Shown here in pieces: positions 46,500 to 59,742 of a DNA stretch of 64,000 bases. A model generated the notes under the pieces. It ran no database searches, was not told the origin of the DNA, and worked only from the letters and a program-made list of their open reading frames with translations. The DNA is from Octopus sinensis (Eukaryota): positions 106,950,001 to 107,014,000 of the forward strand of contig NC_042997.1 in assembly GCF_006345805.1 (NCBI RefSeq), given 5' to 3'. The position numbers and the translations under genes are program-made. Each line of letters begins with the position of its first letter. Positions within the stretch are counted from its first letter, which is position 1.

Positions 46500-48995
46500 A
46501 CACCCAACCACTTGTTTTTCGTTGTTAATATAAGCATATTAGTTCTCAAAATACTTTATGTGGAAAGTATTTGTATACATGCAATTTCTGTTATAATGAA
46601 CAAACTTTAAATAAAGCACGGTGTAAAATATAATTTATAAGATACAAAGTATTTTTTTTCATTATAACACAGTGATGATAAAGTGGGGAATATCTGATGG
46701 ATTGTGCCTTCATGTTAGTATAATTGTAAGGTAGCAAGTATGTATTGTGGCATTATTCTATGGCTGAAAGTAATGTATAAAACTTGAGCATTAGTATACG
46801 GTTTACCCAAGTGTTAAAAATGTAGCGATTTTAGTGGTGTCTATGCTGGGGTTCATATTGGAGTTTATATATTTAAGTTGAGTGGAAGTCATTGTTGTAT
46901 TATTATGGTCTTGTGCGGGAGTTTTCATATATAGTTCTTCAGATGAGTGACTGCTGTTGGTGGGAAACGTTTAGGAGATTATGACGTTTGAATGTGGTGT
47001 AACGAAATGCTTAAGCTACCGTTGTGCTGCTTTGTGTTGCAGCGGATGATTGACTGGGGGAAAAGGCAATAGGTTGGAGAAAATATCCAAGGTAACCAGG
47101 TTGGATTTGTGGTTCGGTTGGGATCTGGATATGTTCGAATTTATGTAATTTAAAGTGCTTTGTTTGCAGGCAAGGGGGTGGGGAAATGTTTCTTTCTTTA
47201 TATTGACTGAGTTTACTGGCAAGGTGGTGTGGCGGACAACCCCAAGTGAGAAGTGGGCTGTTCCACTACTGATAAATAGTGGACAGACACAGCAAGCAGC
47301 GTCAGTCAGCGCGGTACGCTGTACGGGCCAGTCACGCAGACGACGAAGTTACGTCGTCATAATGCGGGACATATCAATGGTAACGAAGAGTCGAACTACA
47401 CGCAGTGGCAGATAAGTCTAACACAACTGAACTACACACAGTGAAAAATAATATAAATGCGTTTGTAGGATTTCTTTCAGGTCACTATGTGTTAGTAGCG
47501 TTACAGGTAAACAATGTAGACTGGTACTACCTGCGGCATTCTGAATAGAAAAATAATTCTGTGGGAGGAAAAAAATAATAAAGCCCTTGTGAAGGATTTA
47601 AGTCAAGCCGCTATGTGTTCGTGACGCTACCGGTAAACAATGTAGGCTGCTCCTACCTGCGGTATTCTGAATAAAAAAATTCTGAGTGAGGAAGAAAAAG
47701 AAATGGAAAAAAAATAATGTTGTGTGAAAAAAAATCTCAAAGGGGTGGTGTTCTGGCGGATAAACCCAAGTGAGAAGTGGGCTATTCCACTACTGATAAG
47801 TAATGGAGAGATACAGCAAGCAGTGTCAGTCAGCGAGGTATGCTGGACGAGCCAGTCACGCAGATAACGAAGTTACATCGTCATAATGTGAGACATATGA
47901 CAAGGTCAATATGGTTAAACAGAAGTTGTACTTGCTGTGTCGTCTATTATATTTCTTGGTTTTAGTAACAGTGTTCTAGATTAGAGTTGAATTATCCACA
48001 CTTGCGCCCTTTAAATTCCATAAAAATTTGGATTGTGATTTAACATTCTTCTTGCCTCTACATCTGAATAAAACCGTACGCTGTGTGAAGCTTTCTTTAA
48101 ATGTATTTTCCCTACGGGTCCATTGCAGGTCTTTGTTTTGCCATCTATTTCAGAGATGTCACTTCTATGTCCCAGTACTTTTTCAAGGCATTCGTTGTTC
48201 AGAGTTTTTTGCAGGATCCACGGTTGTATAGTTGTAATGTGTTGTTACTTAATTTGGTTTTTTTTTTGTGTTCAAATATGTGTGAACCTATGTTTGGAGG
48301 ACAACTATAACTAACTTCGATAGTGTTTCCTTTGAATATTTTGTGATATGTGATTATGAGAAGGGACTATCAACAAATGAGAGAACGTGCGTAGCCAAGT
48401 TTGTTGCATATTTATACTATAGGGTGGATTGAACCACAGGATTTTCCTACTCTTACGTCTGTATGGTCTAGCTGGAGTGGATTTGGTATTGATTGATGAT
48501 GTTTTCCTGAAAAATTGGACTTCGCTAGTGCATTATTGCAGTACGAAGCAGCTTTATTGAGGGTTATTTCATCTGAAGATTGGCTAGCGATATGTCTACT
48601 AATGCTATTTGTAATTTATTTGGTTACTGAGGGTGGGCGATTTGAGATCCTTTTAACGTAAGTTGTTGCTTCGGTTTAAGGAAGTGTCAGCATTTATCTG
48701 TGTTAAGGGTCATGTTAATATTTAGGCAATTGATAGTTTTGCGGTTGGCGTTGACTATGATTTTTAGGTTGTGTAAATGTCTTAGTTAGATTTTTCCTAA
48801 TGATGTCCGTTTCCTGTCCATTTTTTGCTATGTGTCACTCTTAGTTCGTCTTCATACATTGGCACCCTTTACTTCTTTGCTAAGCTTATTTGGATAAATA
48901 GTCCAACTAGATCTGGGATCTCGGTCCTGTCATAGCTCACCATCCCGCCATAAAAGAATTCATCGCCGATTTTATTTGCCCGATCGGAATTGTTG
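46500..48995 (-). mobile_element. Heavily decayed Penelope/Poseidon-type PLE remnants (possibly two nested pieces)
   Basis: Minus-strand conceptual translation gives ...SYD.TEI.DLVGLFI (RT motif 4, ~48900-48950), HPPSVTK..TNSISR.IASQSS (~48570-48650) and LCYNEK (~46660); many stops and indels. Confidence 0.55.
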
Positions 48996-51900
48996 TGAAA
49001 TATCAACTATTTTCATGCATTCATGATAATATTAATTTCCGAAGCGGTGAGAGGGAGCGAGTGGGTGAGAGAGAGAGAGAGAGAAAGAGAGAAAAGAGAG
49101 AGAGAGAGATAACCATTGTAAATATTTTTCTTTAGAAACTTAATATTTATCTTATCGCTTGCATAAGCAACGATAAATTTAATAACAGTTGAATTGTAAT
49201 AATTCCTGGTATTACCCATGGCGGAACAAAAACTACCCATTCTATACATATATATATTATATTATATTATATATACACTCACACACGCACTCACGCTCAC
49301 TCCCTACACATAGGCACATATGTATGCATGTCTGTCAGAGTAAATATAAGAGGGGGAAAGAATCCATTTGGCGTTGTTTGAAGGCAAACGATAATTGATG
49401 AACCACTTATAATCTGCTTGTTAAATAGTTTTTGTTTATATGTGTACGCGCGTGAGTATGCACCCCCACTTGTAATGTGTGTGTGTAAGTTTTATTATGT
49501 GAATATATGCGTATGTGTATTATATAACAAGATAATACCAGTTACTAATAGCATTTTCTATTTGGAATCCAAACTAACCGGATATTCATGCCAAGCCATG
49601 CCAATATCTATAAACTACTTCCGTTTTCATAGCTACACAATGAGATGCTAAAATATAGACATGAAAACAAAATAAGGTATATATAAAAAATATTATATAA
49701 AAAGCAACTTTATAAAAGGAATGTTGCTTGTATTATTTTCACAATCATCGGAGCATACTTGGTTATGAGCAGAAATGTGAATGATGTTGAAATCTATGTA
49801 CGTATATCCTCCTCCCTGGTTATTTTTTTTTATGTATTTAATTTGGTTTTGAAAACCACTTAAAACACCACTGCATCAAACACGTGCGTGACACAAGTTC
49901 ATTTCCGGGCCTGATTTGACGCAATCTCCTGTTTTAGAGATATTTCTAAAGATGGGCTGGAAGTACCGTACGGCCGGCCAACCTGTAAGCTTCACAAAGT
50001 CACATTGACGGTTTTACATCCACGACTGAGAAAAATACGAGAACCAAAAAAAAAAATAATAATAAATAACATAGAGTAACGATATTTTTCAATGCAACAC
50101 TGATTATAAAAACCGTTTTTTTCTCCTTTTTTGTTTTTAGTGATATGCTGCTATGGTTCAAGCTATAAATTAAAAGATGAATCCGGTTTGTGATGCCTTT
50201 TGTTGAAATGGCTGCCTAAAGAAAACAATAGAAAAAAGAAGTCGCTATCATATCGACTTAGTCTTTTCGAGTGACTGCTTAATGTTTTTGGTTATAAATT
50301 CTAGATAAGGCTTAGGTGTTCTGTAATAAAATACTTGCCAACTATTTTATAATCATACTTTAAACATACTTCAGATATATATATTATATTAAACTCCTCA
50401 AATTATAAAAAAAGAACCCCAGAAAACAAACGGTTTCATGGTAACCAGTTACACTTATAAAAGTCGACAAGTATAATCGCGAAAATCAAATAACTAGTTA
50501 TATTGGTTTATAATACTGGATTAACAATCTACCAAGATTTCATGCTGGCTAATAAATGTCAATCTCTCTGAATATCGTAAACTGTAATTTTTTATTTTCA
50601 TTTTTTATAAATCAGTAAAGATGTTATGATCTCCTTGTAATAAATCTAATCGAGTCACCACCGGGAAAAAACAAAAAGCAAATCTTATTTCAAGGCTTCC
50701 TCAAAGACGAAGGAATGTATAATCAAACCATATCCACACTTTGCTTTTAAATTAAAGAAAGTGTTGTTAAAGCACATAAAATTTTAGAATAAGATAGAAC
50801 TAAAGTGGATACACGTTAAAATGAGGAGCTATGGAGTCAGTTTGTTCGAATTTTCTTGGTAACAAGTTAATTAAGTAATCCAGTCGTCTACAATAACAAT
50901 GGTTATAGAGTATTGTCTAATTGTAGTCGATTCGCTGTAAGACTTTACATTGTCGAATACACTGCGGGTATCTTGAAAACATTGTAACCCGACTGCTTTC
51001 ATTATCTTTTTAGAAGAATGCATTGGAGATGGTGTACTTTCTCTACCCTAAACTGACTTGAATATAACATATGTTATTCCCTTAATCTTCGCACCATAAG
51101 TAGCCTCTGAAATTTGCATTCATTCAACAAATCTCTTATATGGTTCATTTTACGACACTGAAGCTGGCGAGTTTAGCAGTTTTCAGAACCAAATTCGTTT
51201 TCTTAATACGTTTTCCCGCTTCTTTGATTTTGGTTCATTTTAGAAACTTCACATATTACATGATCTTGAAATGATTTTTTGTGTTCATTTATTTCGATCC
51301 TTTTTACCTCGGTGAGGTGCATCGATCCCATCGCTAAAAACGTTTCTACTGCTCTGAAGAGACTCATGAACTGAACAAATCTTCCGTTGATAACATTATT
51401 TCAATGACACACTGAGTAGAGACTCTTATTTAACCCCTGTTCTATTTAATGACAGGAAACGAGGAATGAAAGCTAAGTCAAATTGTTATAATAAAGAGAT
51501 CTCAATTAAAAATGTTACACTTAAATTTCTTTTCTAACTGTAAGATTTTTTACGTATCATTAACGAAAGTTATAAGGTGTATGCATGCTAGCTTCTTGAA
51601 ATTTAGTTATGACTGGGAAAATATGCATATTCAAAAGATCTGTAGCGTACACTCGAGTGAAATACCTCTCCCCTTTATTATGTATGCATATATTTGAACG
51701 TAGCAGATAACAGCTAGCCTTTGACCGCTATTTGGACCCCGTTGTGTTCATTACCCTGATTGGTTGGTATTGGCGCAATTTGCAACTTACTCTGTCGCGC
51801 CAATAAGCAGCAATCGAAGTCTTTATATAAGATCACGTGAGACAGCCTTTTCATAATCCCATTTGAGTCTATTGTCCCTCATTAAAACTCACCTTCTCGT

Positions 51901-54368
51901 CTCGAAGTCTTTGCTTCCAGACCTTTTAAGGTCTAGCCACTGACCACATAAGACACAGCCAATTCCAGCGACAACGCCAGACGCCCAGGTTTCAACACAG
52001 CACTGTTCGGTAATTACTTTACCCTGGATCAACAGCAAATATACAACCTGTGAGCCAGACGACAACACTCATCCAACAGCATTACGGCAATCTCTTTCTT
52101 CGTCGCTACCATCATCTTCTTAACGTCGTCAACAACAACATCTCTACGTACACAGCAACCAATAACTAGCACAGGTTCCAACATCGCACTGTTTGTGAAT
52201 TACTTCACCATGGTTGACAGCGAATATACAACATGCGAGAACTCCTGTACAAGTGACCCAGGCAGCAGCATTACAGCCACAACTTCACACGACACATACA
52301 GCAACCGGCTCTGCATCATCGCCGCAAATTCTTGATACAGTATTTCAACTACAGTGTACAATTGACTACGAACTGGTATCTCTCATTCTTGTGTCAATGA
52401 ACATTCGTCTAACTTCTCATTGTAAACTATTTCACTGTTTCTCCTTCATTGTTATTCTTACATGTACTTAACGCACACGCATATATACATTCATATACAC
52501 ACACTTTGTTCTCATCACGGCCTGTCTATTATTCTGTATACATGACGTATACAGAGATACATACGTTAAGCTATCAGCCTTTTAGCTGTGTAACGGGAGA
52601 CGTAAAGTCCTGCAGCTGGAGAGACGATTTCTGGTCCGATCCAAAATTCCAAACAATTTAATACACTTAACTGGATGGTGGAAAAAATTGCATTCAGTAT
52701 CATGCCGGTGTGTAACACCGACAAGGTTCCTCCGATTAGTGAAAATCTGGCGCATATGAGCAGTGCGACAGGTTGGCCACTTTTTGTCAAATATTCTTTA
52801 ATTTTTTTTTTTTTTTTTTTGGTACAAGCCTGACTGTCATTGATGGATCAAATATTGTTTCGAGGCTTTACGTTGTACGTGATACCGAATATTAAAAACT
52901 TTGACTCTCATATGCCCCATCAGAAGGTTGTGACGGTATATTTGCATAACCAATATGACTCTCCACTGAATCGTCTCAAAATTCATTAAGATATCTTATT
53001 GAGAGCCTCAGACAAAACGAGAAATGAGGCTCAGGAGCCAACATGTTTAAGCATGATTTTTGGTTTATTTTTAAGACTTGTAGTGGTCTATGTAGCTAAA
53101 TAGTTCAATGATCTCCCGTGCAAGAAGAATTATAAAGTAACCCCTTTTTACTAAGTTTCTCGAAGTATCTGAGACGTAATTCTTAATTATTTAAGAAGCT
53201 TAGCGCTTCTCTTGGAAGTTTCTAGAATGTCTAGCGTTCCATTAATAGAAACATCTTTCTAACCCTGCTCTTTGCTTCTTAGTCGATTAGACTTAGAGCG
53301 ATTCACGTCATTGCTATGTCCATCTATTTCTCTACGCCACATAACTGAAATCCACCACTTAGCTGTTATTTCTATATTTCCTATCTCTGAATTTTCTTGA
53401 ATTTTCATTCAACTAGATTCTACATGTTGATTATGTATCATCATCGACCAGTAGATAAAAAATATTTTTAATTTAGTAAATATATAGTTCTTGAATTTAT
53501 TCTTCATCGCTATATGAACTCTAGTAATAATATACACGCAGCAACATCAACATCTGGTACTGAATATATATTCCCACTACAAACTGAATCTATCGAAACT
53601 GATTCGTGCAAGCCTGTAATCTGATTCAACAACTTGTATTGTTTGAAAAAGATTAATCACTCCTTAAATGAGTACATCTGATCTGTCAAGGTGAAACTGT
53701 TAATTAGCCCATAACTATGGAGATATTTCCTTTGCTCACCTTTCGAAAGATGAATTGTTTAGTTCCTCTTACCTAAGACAGGGTGTTATCCGAATTGTTA
53801 TATAGGAAGTAAGCCAATTTATGAAAGAATTCAGTCAGAAATTTTGGAATTTTATCCCCAAGACTTTCATTTATGCAACTTGCATATAAACATTTTTGGA
53901 ATCTTGCCAGTTTAATATCATTTTAATTCTGTTTTATCGTCGTAGTTGCATTATATATGTTGACTTTTACAGTACTCATACTCCCTCGTACCCTGCGTTA
54001 ATTTAACTTTCTGAATGGTCAAGCTCTGAGAGCGTATGAAAAAGGCATGTCCACACAAAATCAGTTTTCTGTGCAATAAATATAAGACAGTTTCAGGTCT
54101 GCAAGGTTACCTGAAAGACAGACAGGAAAATATAACAACATTAACACAAATAAACAAAGAAAGAAATGACAGCGAGAAGGGGAGGGAGGAGAGATAATAG
54201 GAAGTCAATATTTAAACAATTTGTACAGAGATAGATGGAGTGATGGAGTAAAGAAAATGTCGAGAACAGGAGGATGTATGCATGTATGTATGTATGTATG
54301 TATGTATGTATGTATGTATGTATGTATGTATGTATGCATGCATGCATGCATGCATGTATGTATATATA

Positions 54369-55290
54369 CTAGACTACCCGTGACCAGTTGGGTCACCGGA
54401 AAAGTTTGAGTTTCCCAGCAACGGAGTTTTGTTTCGTGCTTTTTTTATCTTTTCCAGGTTATTTCGCATGCTTTCAACGAAAGTGACATCGAAATCACGC
54501 ATAAACGGCTCCTTTCCCCAGAAAAGGAAAGATTTGGCTGTTATTTCTTGCACGCCCTACTACCACGTAACAGGAATTTCGGGTCCTTTATTGCAAATAG
54601 CAGTTACGTGGTAGCAAGATGTGCTAGAAATTGCAGCCAAATCTTTGGAGGTGAGATACGTTGAATTCACTTGGAAAAAACCTATGGAAAAAAATAAACT
54701 ATTTCACACCGAGGTTACAAACGGGTCTTTTATGAAATATTTGCCATATTTTTAAAGTCATTTTCACTTTAAAATATATTTTAAATATGCCCAAAAAATT
54801 TTTGTAATGGTATTCACTTGAAAATAATTTTAAAAACATTAAAATATTGTCGGTCTAAAGAAAGCTAAAATATAAATACTTACTGCACAAACAGCTTAGA
54901 TTTTTGAAATCACATTCACTTAAAAATATTTCTACGTGATTAAAATATTGTGTTTAATAAAAGCGAAAATAGAAACATTTACAGTAAAAAAAACTCGTAG
55001 TTGTTCGTTGTCAAGTTACTGTGTCTAATAGACAGACAGGTTTCTTCTCTTTCAGGATGAAGTTTATTTTCGGGATATTTTCCCATTATGTACCGTTTTG
55101 GGTATCTATACTCGAAAACCTCTAACATCTTCAAAACCGCTTGTTCGATTTACGCGAAACTTGTTTTTCCCGTTTGTATTAAAATTTTAGGGTAAACTTA
55201 ATTCATAGTATTTTCCCATTATGCGCCAGTTTGGCTGGGTAACATTGCAAGCAAGCAAGCAAGCAAGATTCAAACTGATTTTTAATGTAT

Positions 55291-55292
<2 letters not shown>
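54369..55292 (-). mobile_element. Non-autonomous Helitron, family H2, copy 3
   Basis: Reverse complement collinear with 36291-37171; intact 3' end CCGGTGACC-CAACT-GGTCACGGG-TAGT-CTAG. Confidence 0.85.
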
Positions 55293-55340
<48 letters not shown>

Positions 55341-55721
55341 ACACACACACACACACACACAGTTTTGTAACAAAGTAAGTAAACTTTCGCGGAAGCGCAA
55401 TCTTTTTGAGGAATTGGTCTCAAGCTGCATGGGTTCTTCGATAATAACATGAAGGCCTTGAATGTAGTAACAATGAAGAACGTATATTTACAGTAGGAGG
55501 AAGAGGTTTTTTAATTCACGGTTAGAGTCTCGACTGAGAGTTAATTTCTCTCCTCTATCTCAAATTGGTTCTTACAAATTTCTTACAGACTTTGTAATGA
55601 GAATCATGGTAGTTAATTCATTCATAATTTAAACCATTGGAAGAAAATTTTCTCCTTTGCTTTTTCCTAGTAATGTATCTGTTGCTAGCGCGGCAATTAT
55701 TTTACGGGTAAAATAATATCA

Positions 55722-56038
55722 TTATAGAGCGTAACATTACTGTGAAATTTAATGAATAAAAAAACAGAAAGCTATCCGGCACATTAAAACAATTTATTTT
55801 GCTATAACATGGCGACAACTTGAGAGCAGAGGACAGATTGTAACAAAAGAATGTTTTTATATCACAGCAACGCGTGACCTCAAATGAAATTTTCGCCATT
55901 GTAACAAAAAAGATGTTGCTTAACAACAATACATCTCTCTCAAGTTGACGCAGTTTTATAGCAAAATAAATTTAATGTACTGGATGACTCTTTTATTTAT
56001 TAATTTAATCATTTGATGATATTTTTACGCTCCATAAT
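55722..56038. mobile_element. Old MITE-like element with ~105-bp imperfect inverted arms
   Basis: TTATAGAGCGTAA...TTTATTTTGCTATAA...CAACTTGAGAG mirrored by CTCTCAAGTTG...TATAGCAAAATAAA...TTACGCTCCATAA. Confidence 0.55.
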
Positions 56039-56671
56039 TTTATATGAATTACAAATATTCGTTGAGCCAGCGAATTTCTTTTTGTAACACAAAAAGAAAT
56101 TAAAGAAATTTTTCTTCAACTATGAACGAATTAATTGCTAAAATTTCCGGCAGCGAGTCCATTCGTGCTCGAGACTCGAATTACTTATTTTTTTAAGACT
56201 CATATAACACAGAATTATTAGATCACTAATAATTTTTTCCAACTTTAGCACAAGGTCAGCAGTTTTGGAGGGAGGGGTAACTCGATTACATCGACTCAAA
56301 TACTTGACTGGTACTTATTTTATTGACACCAAACTCAGAACATTTTGTCCCACGCGTAACGATTCTGCCCGATCGCCGCCTCCGTATGATCACTTCTGGT
56401 ATATTAACTTTGGAAAGAGCAAAATATAAGAAACTCCGTCTGACGCGATTAATTCGTTCTTTGATATCTCTGCACTTGTCAAATCTGTGATGATTCAATA
56501 TATTTGAGCTGCGGTCAAAAAGAAACTGAACATTTGAAATAGCGTCGTGTCAATCAGTGAGTGTAACGTATTCGCATCTGTAGTGCTGTGTATGGGGAAC
56601 TTTGACCTTCAGTCTAATAATAACCACATCGCCAATAATAACCACTACGTCACCAAGTCAACGACTAGAAA

Positions 56672-56712
<41 letters not shown>

Positions 56713-56736
56713 GTATATATATATATATATATATAT

Positions 56737-57003
56737 ATCAAAAGGACTGAGATATATTTAAATATTACAAAAGCACATTTATACAAATTAAACTATGCAC
56801 TACAATGACACCCTAATTTAGGACCACTTCATATATACACATAGTAGACTGAATGCATGGTTCAGTGCACTTTGGCAGTTCAAGAACTTAGCTGAATAGT
56901 TACTATATGAAGTGGTCCTAAATTAGGCTGTGATGGTAGTGGATAGTCTAATTTGTATAAATGTGCTTTTGTAATATTTAAATATATTTCGATCCTTCTG
57001 ATA
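56737..57003. mobile_element. MITE with ~95-bp TIRs, inserted at a TA/(TA)n site
   Basis: ATATATTTAAATATTACAAAAGCACATTTATACAAATTA...CCTAATTTAGGACCACTTCATATA mirrored at 56903-57003. Confidence 0.8.
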
Positions 57004-58065
57004 TGGGTACTATGCTGTATATAAAATATCTATTGTTTATTTGATGAAGAGTCAACTCCCAGTCCTCCAGAGACAATAAAGCGCGTGCCGGTCAAATACT
57101 AGACAGATTCAATTGCGAACAATATTTTCCCTTCAACTGACGTGAAAAATCCCTCGTAACAATCTGCCCCCTTGAACTGATGTGAAGAATATTTGTTGTT
57201 GTTATTTAACTACTGGTCCGCCTTGATCATGCTCAAAGATGTTCTAACCATGACCATCTTGTGGTAGATTCAGACATTTCGTATCTATAACTACGCTATG
57301 TGACCTGAAAGTATTATTTGACGGGTATTTGGTTACTATTAGTAGAAGCATTATGTACTGGTAAAAGACGGTGGAAATGGGAGTATGTAGTAGATGGGCA
57401 CAGGATACATGCATGTTTTTACATTATGAGCTATGTTGATGCAGTCACACGGTCTGTATGTTTAGGTTTGCAGAAGACCATCTCCGCATGATGGGTTGTC
57501 AGAAAGAACGATTCTGTATTTTTTAATTGTACGAAAGATCAGGTTGGTGCATGTAGTATAAAATAAGCAAACTTGCGAATGTTCAACCATATTTTATTGA
57601 TAGAAAACTGTTCATGTTAATACGCAAGTTATCACTGATTCACTGATTATCAGAATAGCAAATAGGGAAAGATTTACTGCGTTAGCGTAGACATTAACTG
57701 TGTGGAAAAGAGAAAAACGCAGATACAAAATCCGCCACTCATTGTTGAAGTTTGAAGAAGAGGACCGCAATATTTTTTGTCTGAATGCTAGCTGCAGTCT
57801 GTAGTGATTTAGGTGCCAAACTGTTTAACTTGGGTAAAAGGGCATGAATCTCGAGAATATTCGAGAAGCCGCCTACGCCACAGCTTCAAGCTGATTGGTA
57901 AATTTTTAGATCAGTCACATGAAACTGTTATGGCTTACTCATGATCGCGAACTGATGATTCCGTGGTTTGTGTTCGAATCCCTACAATACCAACATCAGC
58001 TATATAGATGCCAATGCTACCAATATATTTGCAAGTTTCTCGAGAACAACATTTACCGAACAGTG

Positions 58066-58283
58066 TATGAGGGGATGCTGAAAAGTCCCTGGCTGTGAGT
58101 AAAAGAAAATACCGGAGGATCAGTTAATTATGATTTTATTTAACATATTCCCCTCTCAGATTCAAACACATGTAGCAGTCCTTCAGCTTTTCTAAGCCCT
58201 GTAAAAGAACAAGGATGGTTGGGCTTTCAAACAGGCCTTTCGCGATGCCCTTAAAACCAAGAATTTTTCAGCACCCCCTCGTA
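58066..58283. mobile_element. Mariner-type MITE, second copy of 33931-34150 (inverted)
   Basis: TATGAGGGGATGCTGAAAAGTCCCTGGCT and GAATTTTTCAGCACCCCCTCGTA; internal GGATCAGTTAATTATGATTT is shared. Confidence 0.85.
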
Positions 58284-58341
58284 TTTTGCAGAAATATACC
58301 AATATTAACAAAAAGCGAAAACAAAAATGGCAAAAAAAAAA

Positions 58342-59039
58342 GGAACTTTACCTTTTGACCGACAGATTTAAAAAATAATTTTTTGTAACTAAACACTTTC
58401 AAACTTCGGACATTGGTAGAATGTCATATAAAACATCTTTTACTCTTAGCGTTTTTGAGAAAAGCTTATATTTAGGAAGTTATTTCACATTAAAGTTCTC
58501 GTATTTCAGTAATTTCAACCAATCAATGACGTGTATTCAGCTGAATAAAATTACTGCCGATGTTTGTCAACAACAACTATCGGCGGTGTATTTTTCGTTT
58601 GTCACTGTTATTTATGACATCGTTCGTGCGTTTGTACTGGTTTTAGCTTTAGGGTTTTAGGGTTAGGGTTTTAGGGTTAAGGTTTTAGGGTTAGGGTTAG
58701 GGTGTTAGGGTTAGGGTTTTAGGGTTAGGGTTTTAGGGTTAGGGTTTTAGGGTTAGGGTTGTCATAAATAACAGTGACAAACGAAATATACACCGCCAGA
58801 AGTTCTTGTTGACAAACAACAGCAGTAATTTTATTCAGCTGAATACACGTCATTGATTAGTTGAAACTACCGAAATAGGACAACTTTAACGTGAAATTAC
58901 TTCGTTAATATAAGTTTTTCTCAAAAATGCTAAGAGTAAAAGATGTTTTGTATGACACATTCTACTAGTGTCCGAAGTTTGAAAGTGTTTAGTTACAAAA
59001 AATTATTTTTTAAATCTGTAGATCAAAAGGTAAAGATCC
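58342..59039. mobile_element. Foldback element with ~278-bp TIRs enclosing a telomere-like repeat core
   Basis: Left arm 58342-58619 and right arm 58760-59039 are near-perfect reverse complements; ends GGAACTTTACCTTTTGA and TCAAAAGGTAAAGATCC. Confidence 0.85.
58641..58760 (+). repeat. Interstitial telomere-like tract, alternating TTAGGG and TTTTAGGG
   Basis: 15 GGG runs counted, mostly as a 14-bp TTAGGG-TTTTAGGG unit. Confidence 0.95.
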
Positions 59040-59659
59040 AAAAAGACAGCAAAACCATCAAACAACACAATCTTAAGTTTGTGTAACACTGTTGGCGAAG
59101 AAAAGAGGTTAAGTCGTTCGTCAACTCATACAATGGGAACCAATAAATGATAAAAGAAGAGGCAGATTTCGTCGAACATATTATGTGGCAGTTACTCTTG
59201 GATACAAACTTTGAAATTTGATGGAGAAGAGGGTAACATGAAGGAGACTAGTCAGTGGGATCTGATTGCGTTTGACATGACATAACATATATAAGTACCA
59301 GTAATATACTACTTTAATTCAAGCTTCTTCATGATATCCTTTATCTTTTTTTCTTTTATTCTTATTTGCTGCCTTCTTTATCGGTATTTTGAATGATAAA
59401 TACTAGTGAAATAATTGGCTAATTTCATCGACTGTACACTTCATTCCAAAATATTTGTGGTATTTTCTTCCATCTATCAATTTTCTGTATCTTTCCTTCT
59501 CCTCCCTTCTCTGCTTCTCTCTGTCTATTAATTTGTTTTCAATTTTTCCTCTCGTTCTCCCTTTCTCATTGTCTCTGTCAATCTATCTTTCTAATAAAGT
59601 TCTTTTATTCTCTTCACTTTCCATGTTCTTTTTGTCTTTTCTCTCCAGCATTTATTTAC

Positions 59660-59737
<78 letters not shown>

Positions 59738-59742
59738 GTGTG
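59660..59742. repeat. (TG)n microsatellite
   Basis: Seen directly. Similar (TG/CA/TA)n tracts lie near 22440, 29970, 32845, 43425, 45140, 46065 and 55295. Confidence 0.95.

Noticed and set aside
52830-53700. Faint Gypsy RT/RNase H-like peptides on the minus strand
   Set aside because: No diagnostic motif (YxDD, DAS) can be read with confidence; it needs a profile search.
57849-57898. Perfect three-unit heat-shock element (AGAATATTCGAGAAG) with a nearby CCAAT
   Set aside because: Only 9 fixed bases, so roughly one chance hit is expected in an AT-rich 64-kb window (rough estimate); no TATA or gene start nearby.
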